Source: an uncultured virus (IMG/VR IMGVR_UViG_3300046007_010127)
Taxonomy: Duplodnaviria > Heunggongvirae > Uroviricota > Caudoviricetes
Virus record (IMG/VR): IMGVR_UViG_3300046007_010127
Direction: 5' to 3' (one strand)
DNA: 63,706 nt
Shown here: positions 26,812 to 37,862 of the stretch, in pieces
Layout of the letters: every line of letters begins with the position of its first letter
Position numbering within the stretch: the stretch's first letter is position 1
The notes under the pieces: model-generated
Databases searched by the model: none
What the model saw: the letters and a program-made list of their open reading frames with translations, nothing else
Told to the model about the DNA's origin: nothing
Translations under genes and position numbers: made by a program

Positions 26812-29001
26812 ATGGCAGAAAGCCCAATAGATTTTTCGGCTATAGGAAACTATAGAATCGTATCCTGGTCAGAGCCCTTTAAAAATGTAGAATCATTTGA
26901 TGGGTGGATTATAGACACAAGCGGAGAAGATCCTCCTCATATATATTTATATCTTGAATATAGGTGGAGTATCAATGGCTCAAACTGGTCCTTATGGACT
27001 GAACTTACTCAAGCTTCTATATCCGCAATTCAGGTATCACCGGAAAATCCTTTCTGGGTAGAGATAAGATTGACTGCAGTTTCTGATGAAAACTCAAGTC
27101 CATATTATCCGCCAGGAACTCCGTTAAGTCCACCTATAGTTTTACTCGACTTTGAATTGGATTTAAAATATCTTACTGTAGACCCAAGGAGCTTAATGAC
27201 TAATCCTCCCGCTCCTCTTTGTAGTAAGGAGCTCACTAACTATCCTATAGTATTTTCTGATTGTAACTTTACGTTCAGACCTTATGACATCAACAGGTCT
27301 ATAAATATGTACCAAGATTTAAGCAAAATAGTAAACAACGTATTCGGTCACGAGGTGGTTTATTATTCTGTTCAGCCACAAGGAAGAGGAAAAGACGTTG
27401 TTTTAAAGGAATACAATTTATTTGATGTAGTAGATGAGAAATGTGTTAAGGTTATGGTTCCAAACAACCAGTTTCCAGATGCTTCTTTAACTTTCGATTC
27501 ATGGGGATTAAATTTTAACCAGCCTTTTGAAATACACATTGATAGAAAATACTTCGAAGGAATTTTTGGTAAGGGCTCACAACCAAGAAAAAGAGATATT
27601 ATATACTTCCCAATAACTAATAGAATTTATCAGATAGATTCTATGTACGTCTTCAGGGATATAAATAACTATCCTGTTTATTTTAAAATCCAATTAACTA
27701 AATATGAGGTTAAGAAAAACACAACTTTTCTTAACCCAGAAGCTGAAACAGCTCTCCTAGATTACACAGTTAACACTAAGGATCTGTTCGGAGAAGAGGT
27801 AAAAAATGAGGAAATCGAATTAACTAAACCACAGCAATATGCGGTAACTTCACAGAGAAGATTAGAGGATCCGATAAGATCCTATATAAATAAGGATCTA
27901 CCTATAATAGAATACGATTTAAACAATAACTGGACCATAGTATTTAACAATTATTATGATCTGGATAAGATATTTACAGATGCTCAAGGACAGGTAGATC
28001 CGGTCTCTCCTGCACTTCTAGTAATTGAAAGAGATGCGGTGAGATGGAAAGCAGACCCGGTCTTAACAGCTAACGAGGAGAGATCTTTTATGTGCTGGTT
28101 TAGAGTTAGAAACTATCTCGACAGAAGCAAACTTGTCCCTAAACCCGCTCCAAAAGTACCTATAACTATAGACAACATAGGAACGGGTGAAATAACATAC
28201 AGCACTTATCCCATAGTTCATAAACTATCTATGGGAGAGAATCCGAATGGATTTGTTTCTATCCTAGCAGATGGATCTAGATCTGGAGGATTTGAACTAT
28301 TGGAAGTTGTTGATGCTTACAGATTTAAGATAAAAGACGAGGGAGCACCAGCTCCAGCAAGTACTGCCGGATGGAAAATGCAAAAAGCACAGGCAAGAAT
28401 ACTATTTGATGGATATTACAACGGATCTGGTTTGTTGATAGATTTTATATGGAGCGGATCTAATCAGGTTACTAGTCCTACAGATAACAACTATTTACAA
28501 ACAGGAAGTTTCAGATTCAGGATAAATAACTTAGAAGTATCATCGCCATTTGGAGCAGGGATAACTAGCACCTTGGGCGAATTTATTCCTACTTCTGACG
28601 ATTGGTATGGATTTGTATTTAATTTTTCTAACATATTCAGACAATATTCAATGAAGATCTGGAGACTAACATACGATCCTGATAATCCAACAACACAAAC
28701 ATCAGATCTAAGCTTAGTTCACTCATTAGACGGGGTAACGACACAGGCTTATACATTTGATATACCCCCAGTAATAGAAGAGGATTACGATAGTCCTTTC
28801 TACGGAACAAATAATTATTCATATAAAACAAGATCTTGTCCACTATGGGCTACTAACTATAGATTTTTTAAACAAATGGTAGAGGAAGAAAAGCAATCAA
28901 CTATGTTAAATCAAAACATAGTAGGAGATGCTCAGCTGGGTATTATTATAGATAATGCTAAGCCAGTATTGAAACTTCCTAAAGTTGCCAGAAACAGATA
29001 A
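26812..29001 (+). CDS. Neck/head-closure protein (T4 gp14-like) with additional domains
   Basis: FGHEVVYY...PRKRDIIYFPITNRIYQI matches the gp14 pattern. Confidence 0.65.
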   Translation: MAESPIDFSAIGNYRIVSWSEPFKNVESFDGWIIDTSGEDPPHIYLYLEYRWSINGSNWSLWTELTQASISAIQVSPENPFWVEIRLTAVSDENSSPYYPPGTPLSPPIVLLDFELDLKYLTVDPRSLMTNPPAPLCSKELTNYPIVFSDCNFTFRPYDINRSINMYQDLSKIVNNVFGHEVVYYSVQPQGRGKDVVLKEYNLFDVVDEKCVKVMVPNNQFPDASLTFDSWGLNFNQPFEIHIDRKYFEGIFGKGSQPRKRDIIYFPITNRIYQIDSMYVFRDINNYPVYFKIQLTKYEVKKNTTFLNPEAETALLDYTVNTKDLFGEEVKNEEIELTKPQQYAVTSQRRLEDPIRSYINKDLPIIEYDLNNNWTIVFNNYYDLDKIFTDAQGQVDPVSPALLVIERDAVRWKADPVLTANEERSFMCWFRVRNYLDRSKLVPKPAPKVPITIDNIGTGEITYSTYPIVHKLSMGENPNGFVSILADGSRSGGFELLEVVDAYRFKIKDEGAPAPASTAGWKMQKAQARILFDGYYNGSGLLIDFIWSGSNQVTSPTDNNYLQTGSFRFRINNLEVSSPFGAGITSTLGEFIPTSDDWYGFVFNFSNIFRQYSMKIWRLTYDPDNPTTQTSDLSLVHSLDGVTTQAYTFDIPPVIEEDYDSPFYGTNNYSYKTRSCPLWATNYRFFKQMVEEEKQSTMLNQNIVGDAQLGIIIDNAKPVLKLPKVARNR

Positions 29002-29004
29002 TTT

Positions 29005-29778
29005 ATGCCAAGAAGAAAACCAAAAACCCCTAATTTATCCAAGGAGCAAGAACTTAATCTCAAGGATAAACTTGATAGTATAATTTTAGCAGATGAAATG
29101 TTGTCTGGGTTAAACACCCCAGATATACCGCCTATAAAGCCACACAGAGAACTTAAAGTTGACGTTGTTAAAAGCGAAGTGGAAATGGAAGCTAGAGCTA
29201 TACTTGATTCATTATCAAGGTTTTATAACGATGTTGAAAATATTTCAGAGGATTCATACATTAAACATAAACAAAAAATAGATGCCATGAGTATCTCTAC
29301 TATGGCATTTCAAATAAGAACAGCACAGCACGCCATAGCTAAGCTTATTGAGGAAATAGATTCAGGAAGGGTAGAACCTAGACTTTTTGAAGTTTTAGCT
29401 CAATTACAGAATCAGGTAATGCAAATGCCTAAAAATTTCTCCTCTTATATGACTCAGATGGAGAAAAATTATAAGCAGCTCAAGAGTGAATCCGAAGAAA
29501 TAAAGAATGGATCTGATATACAGTTTGATGAAAATGGAAATATAATACAGTCAAAAGAAAACGAGGATCTATTAAAAGCAAGAGGAACAAGGAGCTTAAT
29601 GGAGAACCTACAGAATGCTATGAAAGGAGGAAGTTTAGTTAAGGATGCTGAAATAGTAAAAAACGATCCACCAGACGATAATCTAATAAACCCGAGAACA
29701 AAATTCGGGGGAACATCAGATCTTCTTGGCGGAGAAGATGATATAGATTTTGAAATAGAGGACGACATATTTGAATAA
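29005..29778 (+). CDS. Putative terminase small subunit (gp16-like)
   Basis: Immediately upstream of terL; PRLFEVLAQL motif. Confidence 0.65.
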   Translation: MPRRKPKTPNLSKEQELNLKDKLDSIILADEMLSGLNTPDIPPIKPHRELKVDVVKSEVEMEARAILDSLSRFYNDVENISEDSYIKHKQKIDAMSISTMAFQIRTAQHAIAKLIEEIDSGRVEPRLFEVLAQLQNQVMQMPKNFSSYMTQMEKNYKQLKSESEEIKNGSDIQFDENGNIIQSKENEDLLKARGTRSLMENLQNAMKGGSLVKDAEIVKNDPPDDNLINPRTKFGGTSDLLGGEDDIDFEIEDDIFE

Positions 29779-29780
29779 TT

Positions 29781-31586
29781 ATGAGTGTCAAAGAAGAAAG
29801 ATCCAGTAATTTCTGGTCTACGGCTAAGGTCGACAAGTTAATATACGATGCGGAAGAAAATGGAATAGATTACAAGGATGTAGATAATCCATTCCATGAA
29901 AACGACCCAGAACTTAGAAAGGGAAATATACTTTTCGAATACACGGAATGGGAATTAGAGGAAATAAAGAAATGTGCAGAGGACGTTGTTTATTTCGCCA
30001 ATACTTATTGTCATGTTATGACCGATGAGGGCATTAGACAGATATTACTTCGTGACTATCAAATACAAATTCTGAACCAGTACCAACACCATCGAAAAAA
30101 TGTGTTCGTATCACCTAGGCAATCCGGTAAAACCATTACCTCATCAATATTTCTTCTCTGGTATCTTCTTTTTAATTTTGAAAAAAATGCCATGATTATG
30201 GCGAATATCGGGGATACAGCTGCGGAGTTGATGGATAAGATAAAGGTTATTATGAAAGGATTACCTTTCTTTTTAAAGCCAGGATTGGTTGTTTATAACG
30301 TTATGACCATGAAATACGACAATGGTTGTAGGATAATGGCAAAAACAACAACTAAAACATCTTCTATCGGTTATACGATTCACATGTTATACATGGATGA
30401 GTTTGCTCATATTAACCCTAACTTTATAAATCAATTCTTTAAATCAGTATATCCTACCATATCATCATCACAAATAGCCCGTGTTATTATCACATCCACT
30501 CCTAACGGAATGAACAAATTTTGGGAAATATACAAGGGTGCGATCGAGGGAGAAAACGAATTTAACCCAATTAGAGTTGAATGGTGGCAGGTACCAGGAA
30601 GAGACGAGGAATGGAAGAGAAAAGAAATAGCAGCACTAGGATCGGAGGAAGACTTTAATCAAGAATACGGATGTCAGTTCCTATCTTCTTCCCGATTACT
30701 ACTAGATTCAAACACATTAAAGAGATTAAAAAGTACGGAACAACAATTCGTTTTTCACGAATTATGGCCATTTGAGAATAGTCCAATAGATTATTCAGGA
30801 CTTTTATGGCATCCTAAGTTTGATCCGGCATCCATATTCGAAAAAGATGGTCAGAAGTTCTATATCTCTATAGATACTGCGAGTGGTGGAGGTGGAGACT
30901 ATTCAGTTGCAAACATTTTTAAGGTTGCTCCTATGCCATCTAATGTTATAAAAAATAAAAGATTTTTTGAAGACGAAAGCGATTTCTTCTGTTTATTACA
31001 AATTGGTATATTTAGATCTAATGTTATCGAAATAGATGAATTTAAAGCTTTCTTAGAGATACTAATAACTGGTGTTCTTGGAGTAGATAATACTAGGATA
31101 GTGTTAGAGCTTGATCATAAAGGAGAAATGCTTATGGACAAGCTTTTGGATTGTGACGATTTCTTTGATGAGATGTTTGTTTATACTAAACATTCAGAGG
31201 CAACAACTAAATTAAAACCAGGGGTTAAACTCACGGTTAAAAACAAGGAAAAATTTTGCTACGATCTAAAAATAAATGCGAGAGGGTACAAAATTATACC
31301 ATCAAATAAAAACGGTATTCATGAATTAGCTAACTTCGGTATAAATCCGAATGGAAGTTTCTCTAGTCAAATAGGTAAAGACGACGAAGCAATGACTTTA
31401 GTTAATTTAAATTGTGTTTTTGACAATGGAGATTTCCAAGAGACAGTAATGGATCTCTATGATATAATACCAGAAAAGTTCAGAAAACTGATAGAAGAAA
31501 GGCTTTTAGAAAATGCAGAAGCTGCACAAAATAAAACTAGTGATCTATCAAACTATACTTTCTTAAACGGACTCCTTGATTCTTGA
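29781..31586 (+). CDS. gp17: Terminase large subunit (T4 gp17-like)
   Basis: LRDYQ, PRQSGKT, YMDEFAH, ITSTPNG, FNQEYGCQF; nuclease DTASGGGGDYS and KDD. Confidence 0.96.
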   Translation: MSVKEERSSNFWSTAKVDKLIYDAEENGIDYKDVDNPFHENDPELRKGNILFEYTEWELEEIKKCAEDVVYFANTYCHVMTDEGIRQILLRDYQIQILNQYQHHRKNVFVSPRQSGKTITSSIFLLWYLLFNFEKNAMIMANIGDTAAELMDKIKVIMKGLPFFLKPGLVVYNVMTMKYDNGCRIMAKTTTKTSSIGYTIHMLYMDEFAHINPNFINQFFKSVYPTISSSQIARVIITSTPNGMNKFWEIYKGAIEGENEFNPIRVEWWQVPGRDEEWKRKEIAALGSEEDFNQEYGCQFLSSSRLLLDSNTLKRLKSTEQQFVFHELWPFENSPIDYSGLLWHPKFDPASIFEKDGQKFYISIDTASGGGGDYSVANIFKVAPMPSNVIKNKRFFEDESDFFCLLQIGIFRSNVIEIDEFKAFLEILITGVLGVDNTRIVLELDHKGEMLMDKLLDCDDFFDEMFVYTKHSEATTKLKPGVKLTVKNKEKFCYDLKINARGYKIIPSNKNGIHELANFGINPNGSFSSQIGKDDEAMTLVNLNCVFDNGDFQETVMDLYDIIPEKFRKLIEERLLENAEAAQNKTSDLSNYTFLNGLLDS

Positions 31587-31655
31587 AGGAAGAATGATAT
31601 ATAGATAGAAAAAGAAGTAAGAGGTTAACTTCTTAAATATAAATAAAAATTAAAA

Positions 31656-34600
31656 ATGGCAAAACAAGTCAAACTTGATTTATCCCAATTTAAAGCATCT
31701 GGTGTTTATACTCTAGAATTTGATGCTAGTGAGAATATCATTATAAACCCATCAACGATTAGATTAGTTGTTGGTTATTCCACTATCGGACCTTTCAATA
31801 CGCCAGTTTATTGTCCGGATATAACGACTTTCCAATCAGTATTTGGAGATATAGACAAATCTATGGAGAAAAAAGGATCTTTCTTCCACAGATCTTCACT
31901 AGTTTGTTTACAAAGCGGACCTATATTTGCACTTAATTTAAGACTTTTAAATAATTCAGTAGACGAGAACGGTGATCCTGACTATGCGGCAGGTGCAGAC
32001 GTTGCTAGATATAGAGCATTCTCTATGGATACTGAAGAGCAAAATGGTGCAAATGCAACAGGAGCTTACTCTGATCCTCTTACTAAACAAGATAAATTAT
32101 TATCCTCTTACTACAACAAAGAGAAGTTCTGGTTCCCAGATACTACATATTTACTAGCTACAGAGGACACATCTGGGTCACAACCTGACTCTAGAAAATT
32201 ATTTAGTATAGTTAACCTAGGACAAAATCCGGTCAGTATTATAGTTAGAAAATCTCTTGACTCAAGATTCCCATTAAAAGGATTCGACATCACAGCAAGA
32301 GAATATTTCGGAGCTGATAACGTTCCTTCTTATATGAACCAGTATGATTATCTTTCTGATTGGTTTATAGACGTTATAGTTATAAGCGGAAATTGGACAG
32401 ACTACCAAGCACTAGCAAACGATCCTATCTATAGTGCATACTTTACTTCCAAAGGATTTATCAAATCACAAATAGATAATTTCTTAGCATTGGATGGTAT
32501 TAATTTAGTACTTACAACTACTGGTACTGTAATCCCTAACTTCGTTGATCAAAATGGTACTCTAAGATACATTCAAACTTTAATTAACAACCAGACACCT
32601 ACTACAGGTATCTTCTGTGCAGTTAATGAAGAAGCTTTAGATGATTTAGTAGATAACTCATCAGTATTTGACTTAGTTGGACATCACTTAGTAGATGAAA
32701 TAGGACCAGATGCAGATATAACAGCTGTACCAAAAAATCTTAATTTCTTATCTTATAGTCAAAATTTATTTGCTGACTACACATACTACAGAAACGTAGA
32801 CGGAGCAACAGGTGGTACTGAAATACAAGACGACCTTTCTCCATCTAACCCAGGAATGGATATACTTCCAGAAACTGGTACTCTTCTTTTAGATACGTTG
32901 TATAATGCAACTGGAGATGCTGGTATCCCTACAAGTTTATGGGATTCTTACAATTCTACAGCTAGAGACGGAGGAGCTATTTATATCGATACTTTATTTA
33001 CATCATCAACTCTTCACGACGATCAAATAACTACGTTGGATGAATTCGTATCTGTTTCTAATGATGCACCTGCGGATAGATGGGTATTAGGAAAAGTAAC
33101 TTCCAACTTACCAACTCCTGGTTATCTAGGATTCTACGAGGGTGATTTAGTTAAATTAAGAATCGTTGAAGCTAAATTTATTACTAATTCAACTTTACCA
33201 ACTGGTGTTAGACAACAGGTCAGACTAAGATTAAAACATCCTCTTGTTGGTTCTACAGCAGCTACAACATATGTTGAACCATACGATTTAACAAATAAGA
33301 GTAGCGCAGCAGCTTATCAAATTGGTACTCCGGATTATTTTGATAACGATGACGTTTACTTCTCTCCTGATATCCCAGTAGGAACAGATTCTTACTTAGC
33401 ATACGAAAACTCTTCTATGTATAGAGACTGGGTTACCGGTAATATCGGTGATGGCGATACGGATTGGAAAGACGATTCAGGATCTTTATTACAGTATCTA
33501 AAATTTGAGGTTAATGTAGACCGAGATGGATACAACATCCTAGTTTGTAGAGCTTATGGAGATGACACATTCACAACTCCTGAAGCTATAGCAACGTGGG
33601 ATACAACTTACGTAAGCTCACTTCCGGTTGGAACTAATCTAACAACAGGAGAAAGCTTCAATATAGTATCTACTAAAGGTAATATAAGCGATTATGTTGA
33701 TATTATAACTCAGTTACAGCCTAACATTATAGAAATAACAACTGCGGTTGCTAATTCTTCAGCAATAAAGGTTGGAGATCTACTAGTATCTACAGACACA
33801 CAGATCTATGATAATCCATTAACTGAAAATCTTCAGTCAAGATTAACTAGAGTACTGGAAGTTAAAACTGTAGCTTCTGCGACATCTCCTGGGGTTTACA
33901 CGGTACAGGTTAAAACTGAAAGACCGATTCAACTATACCCTGGAGTAACTACTAGAGTTTGGAAATTTAAAAATATCCAAGAGTTTGTTACTACGTTTAA
34001 TTTCACTTATTTACCTGGTGCAGACATTAAGGCAGCTTCTATGCCTAATGGAACTGACACAAGAATGAATGCTATCTTAAACGTACTTACTAACACAAAC
34101 CTTGCTAGAACATTAGCGGACACAGACGTAATTACTTTCAGATACATTATCGATACATTCGATGGAGGTATACAGCCTAACTGTAAATATCAGCTTACTA
34201 GACTTGCTAAAAACAGACAAAAATGTTTAGCAATATGTAACCTCCCTTCAATGAAGAAATTCTCAGAGTCAGTAGATCCTAGATTTACTTCGGCTCCTAC
34301 TGCAACTGATCCAGCACCACTTTTACAAGCTAGATACATTGCAGACGGAGGTAACCTAAGTTTAAATCCTTCATTTACTTTCTCATTACCTGATGAGGAT
34401 CTTGGAGCTAAATTCTCTGGTTTCTTTGCGCCTTTCTTAACTATTAGAGAGAACAACAAGAACTTGAACGTTCCTCCAGCACCATACGTTTCGAATAACT
34501 TTATCCGTAAGTTTATTACAGGAGAACCTTATTCAATAGTGGCAGGTCTTAAGAGAGGTATTATATCAGCTGGTAACTTAGTAGGACTAGAGTATGATTT

Positions 34601-35057
34601 CGATCTACAAGACAGAGAATACTTAGAGCCATTTGGTATTAACCCAATCATCAGAAAAAGAGGGGTTGGTATTGTTATCTACGGTAACCAAACTAGCTAC
34701 CAAAGAACAAACTCAGCATTCAACAACTTACACGTTAGAGACCTTCTAATTACTGTTGAAACTGCAATAGAGGATATCCTTTCTAACTACGTTTTCGATT
34801 TCAACGAAGATAACGTTAGACTTGAGATCAAGACTTTGGTAGACAACTACTTATCTGGAGTAAGATCTGTTGGAGGAGTTTACAACTACCTTACTATTAT
34901 GGACTCTTCAAACAATACACCTGCAATCATCGATCAAAACATCGGTATAATCGACGTTATTATCGAGCCTGCAAGAGGTATTCACAAGTTCATCAATAGA
35001 ATGACAGTTACTAGAACAGGAGGTATATCTTCTGGAGGATTTATACAATTCAGCTAA
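31656..35057 (+). CDS. gp18: Contractile tail sheath protein (gp18-like, 1133 aa)
   Basis: SGVYTLEFD N-terminus, GPFNTP, GINPI, IYGNQT, NNLHVRDLL and NNTPAIID motifs. Confidence 0.92.
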   Translation: MAKQVKLDLSQFKASGVYTLEFDASENIIINPSTIRLVVGYSTIGPFNTPVYCPDITTFQSVFGDIDKSMEKKGSFFHRSSLVCLQSGPIFALNLRLLNNSVDENGDPDYAAGADVARYRAFSMDTEEQNGANATGAYSDPLTKQDKLLSSYYNKEKFWFPDTTYLLATEDTSGSQPDSRKLFSIVNLGQNPVSIIVRKSLDSRFPLKGFDITAREYFGADNVPSYMNQYDYLSDWFIDVIVISGNWTDYQALANDPIYSAYFTSKGFIKSQIDNFLALDGINLVLTTTGTVIPNFVDQNGTLRYIQTLINNQTPTTGIFCAVNEEALDDLVDNSSVFDLVGHHLVDEIGPDADITAVPKNLNFLSYSQNLFADYTYYRNVDGATGGTEIQDDLSPSNPGMDILPETGTLLLDTLYNATGDAGIPTSLWDSYNSTARDGGAIYIDTLFTSSTLHDDQITTLDEFVSVSNDAPADRWVLGKVTSNLPTPGYLGFYEGDLVKLRIVEAKFITNSTLPTGVRQQVRLRLKHPLVGSTAATTYVEPYDLTNKSSAAAYQIGTPDYFDNDDVYFSPDIPVGTDSYLAYENSSMYRDWVTGNIGDGDTDWKDDSGSLLQYLKFEVNVDRDGYNILVCRAYGDDTFTTPEAIATWDTTYVSSLPVGTNLTTGESFNIVSTKGNISDYVDIITQLQPNIIEITTAVANSSAIKVGDLLVSTDTQIYDNPLTENLQSRLTRVLEVKTVASATSPGVYTVQVKTERPIQLYPGVTTRVWKFKNIQEFVTTFNFTYLPGADIKAASMPNGTDTRMNAILNVLTNTNLARTLADTDVITFRYIIDTFDGGIQPNCKYQLTRLAKNRQKCLAICNLPSMKKFSESVDPRFTSAPTATDPAPLLQARYIADGGNLSLNPSFTFSLPDEDLGAKFSGFFAPFLTIRENNKNLNVPPAPYVSNNFIRKFITGEPYSIVAGLKRGIISAGNLVGLEYDFDLQDREYLEPFGINPIIRKRGVGIVIYGNQTSYQRTNSAFNNLHVRDLLITVETAIEDILSNYVFDFNEDNVRLEIKTLVDNYLSGVRSVGGVYNYLTIMDSSNNTPAIIDQNIGIIDVIIEPARGIHKFINRMTVTRTGGISSGGFIQFS

Positions 35058-35102
35058 TGATTTTGAGTATAATTCTCTAATGTAAATATATAAAATAAAA
35101 AC

Positions 35103-35675
35103 ATGGCAGGATTACCACATTATACGAGTTCTAAGGCTTCGGTTAACAAATTCGAACCGATTTTCCTCAACCAGTTTGAGGTTACCATTACTCCGCCAAC
35201 GGCTATTCCAGTACAAGCTGGAAACCCTGGCGCAGCTAATATATTATTGGAACAAGTTACTAGAGTATCAGGTCTTCAAGTAGATCAAAATGCTGGAGAG
35301 ATCACACAGCAATACAAATTTGCTAAAAGATACTACTCTGGTGCTGCTCCTCAAAGAACTGGTTTAGATGTTGACATAGAATTTGAAATTAACCTTAACG
35401 AGAATAATTCGATGTATGTTTTTAAAACATTACGTCAATGGTCTGATTTAATTTACAATCCTCTTACTGGGGCAATGGGACTTAAGAAAGACTATACAGG
35501 TAATATACTCGTTAACGTTTTCAACAAACAAGGAGATATCTTTAGAAAAATAAACCTAAGAGATTGTTTCCCAATGACTCCAATACCAGAAATGGCATTA
35601 AACTACACACAAACTTCAATCTACAAATTGAATTTAACTTGGGCAGTTGACTATTTCGACGACGTATTTATATAA
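35103..35675 (+). CDS. Tail tube protein (gp19-like), copy 1
   Basis: Follows sheath; EPIFLNQF, LRQWSDLIYNPLTG and CFP motifs. Confidence 0.8.
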   Translation: MAGLPHYTSSKASVNKFEPIFLNQFEVTITPPTAIPVQAGNPGAANILLEQVTRVSGLQVDQNAGEITQQYKFAKRYYSGAAPQRTGLDVDIEFEINLNENNSMYVFKTLRQWSDLIYNPLTGAMGLKKDYTGNILVNVFNKQGDIFRKINLRDCFPMTPIPEMALNYTQTSIYKLNLTWAVDYFDDVFI

Positions 35676-35686
35676 AAAAATAAAAA

Positions 35687-36265
35687 ATGGCAGGATTACC
35701 ACATTTTACAGCATCAAAAGCAGCAGTACAATTATACGAACCGGTATATCTTAACCAGTTTGAGGTTATAATACAGCCTCCAGTTGGTGTTGCTTTAGAA
35801 CAAGGGAACGGAGGAAGAACTCTTTTAGTAGAAAACGTGCTTTCAGTTTCTGGATTAGCAGTTGATAAAAACCCAGGTATAGCGGAGCAAAGATATAAAT
35901 TCGCTAGAAGAAGATACGCTGCAGGTGCAGTTGATGATACTGGTGTTAAGGTTAGGATTGAATTTGAAACAAACCTTAACGACAACAATAGCAACTATGT
36001 ATTTAAGGCATTAAGACAGTGGTCAGATTTAATATACAACCCTCTAACAGGAGCAACTGGTATTAAATCAACTTACGCAGGAGGAACTTATATACTAATT
36101 TCTATATTCAATAAACAAGGAGACGTTTTCAGAAGAATTAAATTAGTAAACTGCTTCCCCGTAGATCAGATTAAATCACTGGATTTGGATTATACTAACG
36201 GTACAACACCTTATAAGATCCCACTATCTTTTAGAGCGGATTATTTCGAAGACGTTTTTAATTAA
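35687..36265 (+). CDS. Tail tube protein (gp19-like), copy 2
   Basis: Clear paralog of 35103..35675. Confidence 0.8.
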   Translation: MAGLPHFTASKAAVQLYEPVYLNQFEVIIQPPVGVALEQGNGGRTLLVENVLSVSGLAVDKNPGIAEQRYKFARRRYAAGAVDDTGVKVRIEFETNLNDNNSNYVFKALRQWSDLIYNPLTGATGIKSTYAGGTYILISIFNKQGDVFRRIKLVNCFPVDQIKSLDLDYTNGTTPYKIPLSFRADYFEDVFN

Positions 36266-36285
36266 TTTTATCTTTACCAATATAT

Positions 36286-36316
36286 AAATGGAGGCTCAAC
36301 AAAGTCTCCATTTTTT
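36286..36316 (+). terminator. Intrinsic terminator after tail tube genes
   Basis: aaatggaggct/agtctccattt plus T-run. Confidence 0.75.
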
Positions 36317-36367
36317 GTTTTTGGTTAAAACTTAAAATGTTAAATTAAAATAACATGGACGACGATC

Positions 36368-36580
36368 GTGAACCAGAAAAGAAGAATAAGAATGGCTTCA
36401 GTGTGTTTAGTCTTAGCAACTTTCTTCAATCCCTTCGGATTCGATATCCTTTTTGCAGCAATAATGAGATGGACGAATTCCTACTGGCATACAGTAGCAA
36501 TTTTTTACTTCCTTTCGGGTGTTTTCTTTGGGCTTTATTTCTTTTTGTCATCAAATAAGAAACTAAAATCAAAAGATTAG
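36368..36580 (+). CDS. Small membrane protein
   Basis: Two hydrophobic segments, FFNPFGFD motif. Confidence 0.55.
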   Translation: MNQKRRIRMASVCLVLATFFNPFGFDILFAAIMRWTNSYWHTVAIFYFLSGVFFGLYFFLSSNKKLKSKD

Positions 36581-36603
36581 TAAAATGAGATATAAGAAAA
36601 CCT

Positions 36604-37647
36604 ATGACAGATAATATAAATGACGAATTACTAGGTCAGCTTAGCCAAAGAGAAGCTGCTTCTAGATTTGAGTATGATCAAGATCCTGATGTTGCTGGAT
36701 ACGAAATACCAAATTGGATTCAGAATGAAACAATGCCAAAAAATCCAGCTACTCCTAACCAGACTCAACCACAGTCTAATAACTTAGGTAAGGCTAATGT
36801 TTCTAGAACACCTCTAGGCATGGAATCAGAATGGAAGAATATACCCGCAGAAAATCTTCCTTCCAAAGGATTTGGATATCCGCCAGGATTCGAAATTGCC
36901 ATAAAAGCTGCAGAGGTTAGAGAAATAAGACAATTCTCAACAGTTGATGAAAATGATAGGATAGATCTTGACGACAAATTAAATTCTATACTTGCTAAGT
37001 GTATGAAGATAAGATGGAACGGCGGATTTCTAGAGTCTTTTGATCTTTGGTACGAGGATAGATTTTACATAATAATGTCAATCCGAGACGTCACTTTTAT
37101 CAGAGGCGAGAATAAAATATTATTACCAGTAACAAAAAATTGTAAGAGAGAAGACTGCGATGTTCCAGATATGATAGAGCTAAGATCTAATTTATTAGAT
37201 AGCTTTGTTGTTGACCAAGAAATACTTAAAAGATATAGTACGGAATCTTACTCTTTTAAATTTATACCGAAAGACGGAACACCAGAACTGAACCTTTATA
37301 TTCCTACAGTTGGAGTAACGACTATCTGTAGAAAAATCATAGCAGAAAAAAGAAGGAGAGGAAAAAAATTCGACGAGAGTTTTGCTAAGGTTGCTACATT
37401 TATAATTCCAGATTGGAGAGGATTGGACGAGTCTTTATATGACCAATACGAGAGAGCATCACTTGATTGGACTCCAATACAATTTTCAATAGCAGATCAA
37501 ATAACGGAGAAGATCAACTTCGCAACAAAATCTAGGATCTATAGTAAATGTGAAAGCTGTGAGGGGGAGGTCACAGCTGATATATCATTTCCCGGAGGGT
37601 ACAGATCTCTTTTCGTTATTTCAGATATCTTTAGCCAATTACTTTAA
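36604..37647 (+). CDS. Baseplate hub/tail assembly protein (gp26-like)
   Basis: LPSKG.GYP and DRFYII...IR motifs, CxxC pairs, position after the tail tubes. Confidence 0.6.
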   Translation: MTDNINDELLGQLSQREAASRFEYDQDPDVAGYEIPNWIQNETMPKNPATPNQTQPQSNNLGKANVSRTPLGMESEWKNIPAENLPSKGFGYPPGFEIAIKAAEVREIRQFSTVDENDRIDLDDKLNSILAKCMKIRWNGGFLESFDLWYEDRFYIIMSIRDVTFIRGENKILLPVTKNCKREDCDVPDMIELRSNLLDSFVVDQEILKRYSTESYSFKFIPKDGTPELNLYIPTVGVTTICRKIIAEKRRRGKKFDESFAKVATFIIPDWRGLDESLYDQYERASLDWTPIQFSIADQITEKINFATKSRIYSKCESCEGEVTADISFPGGYRSLFVISDIFSQLL

Positions 37648-37825
37648 TATAAAGTTCAGGCTATGGGAGGAGTTCAAATTATCTATAGATCTTTTAGAAT
37701 CAATGCCCTTTTATGAGTATCAGATATTTATAGACAAGTTAAACGAAAAAATAGAAAAAGAAAATAAGAGAATAGAACAAGGAAACTTAGTAGAAGCATT
37801 CTCGTTTAAAAACCCAAAAAGATAA
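37550..37825 (+). CDS. Small baseplate/tail assembly chaperone-like ORF (start uncertain, possibly frameshift-fused)
   Basis: SLANYFNIKFRL...LESMPFYEYQIF pattern; no suitable ATG. Confidence 0.5.
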   Translation: MKAVRGRSQLIYHFPEGTDLFSLFQISLANYFNIKFRLWEEFKLSIDLLESMPFYEYQIFIDKLNEKIEKENKRIEQGNLVEAFSFKNPKR

Positions 37826-37840
37826 CATTTTTGGGTTTTT
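37808..37840 (+). terminator. Possible terminator
   Basis: aaaaacccaaaaa/tttttgggttttt inverted repeat. Confidence 0.5.
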
Positions 37841-37862
37841 AGGTATATAAATAAAAAATATT

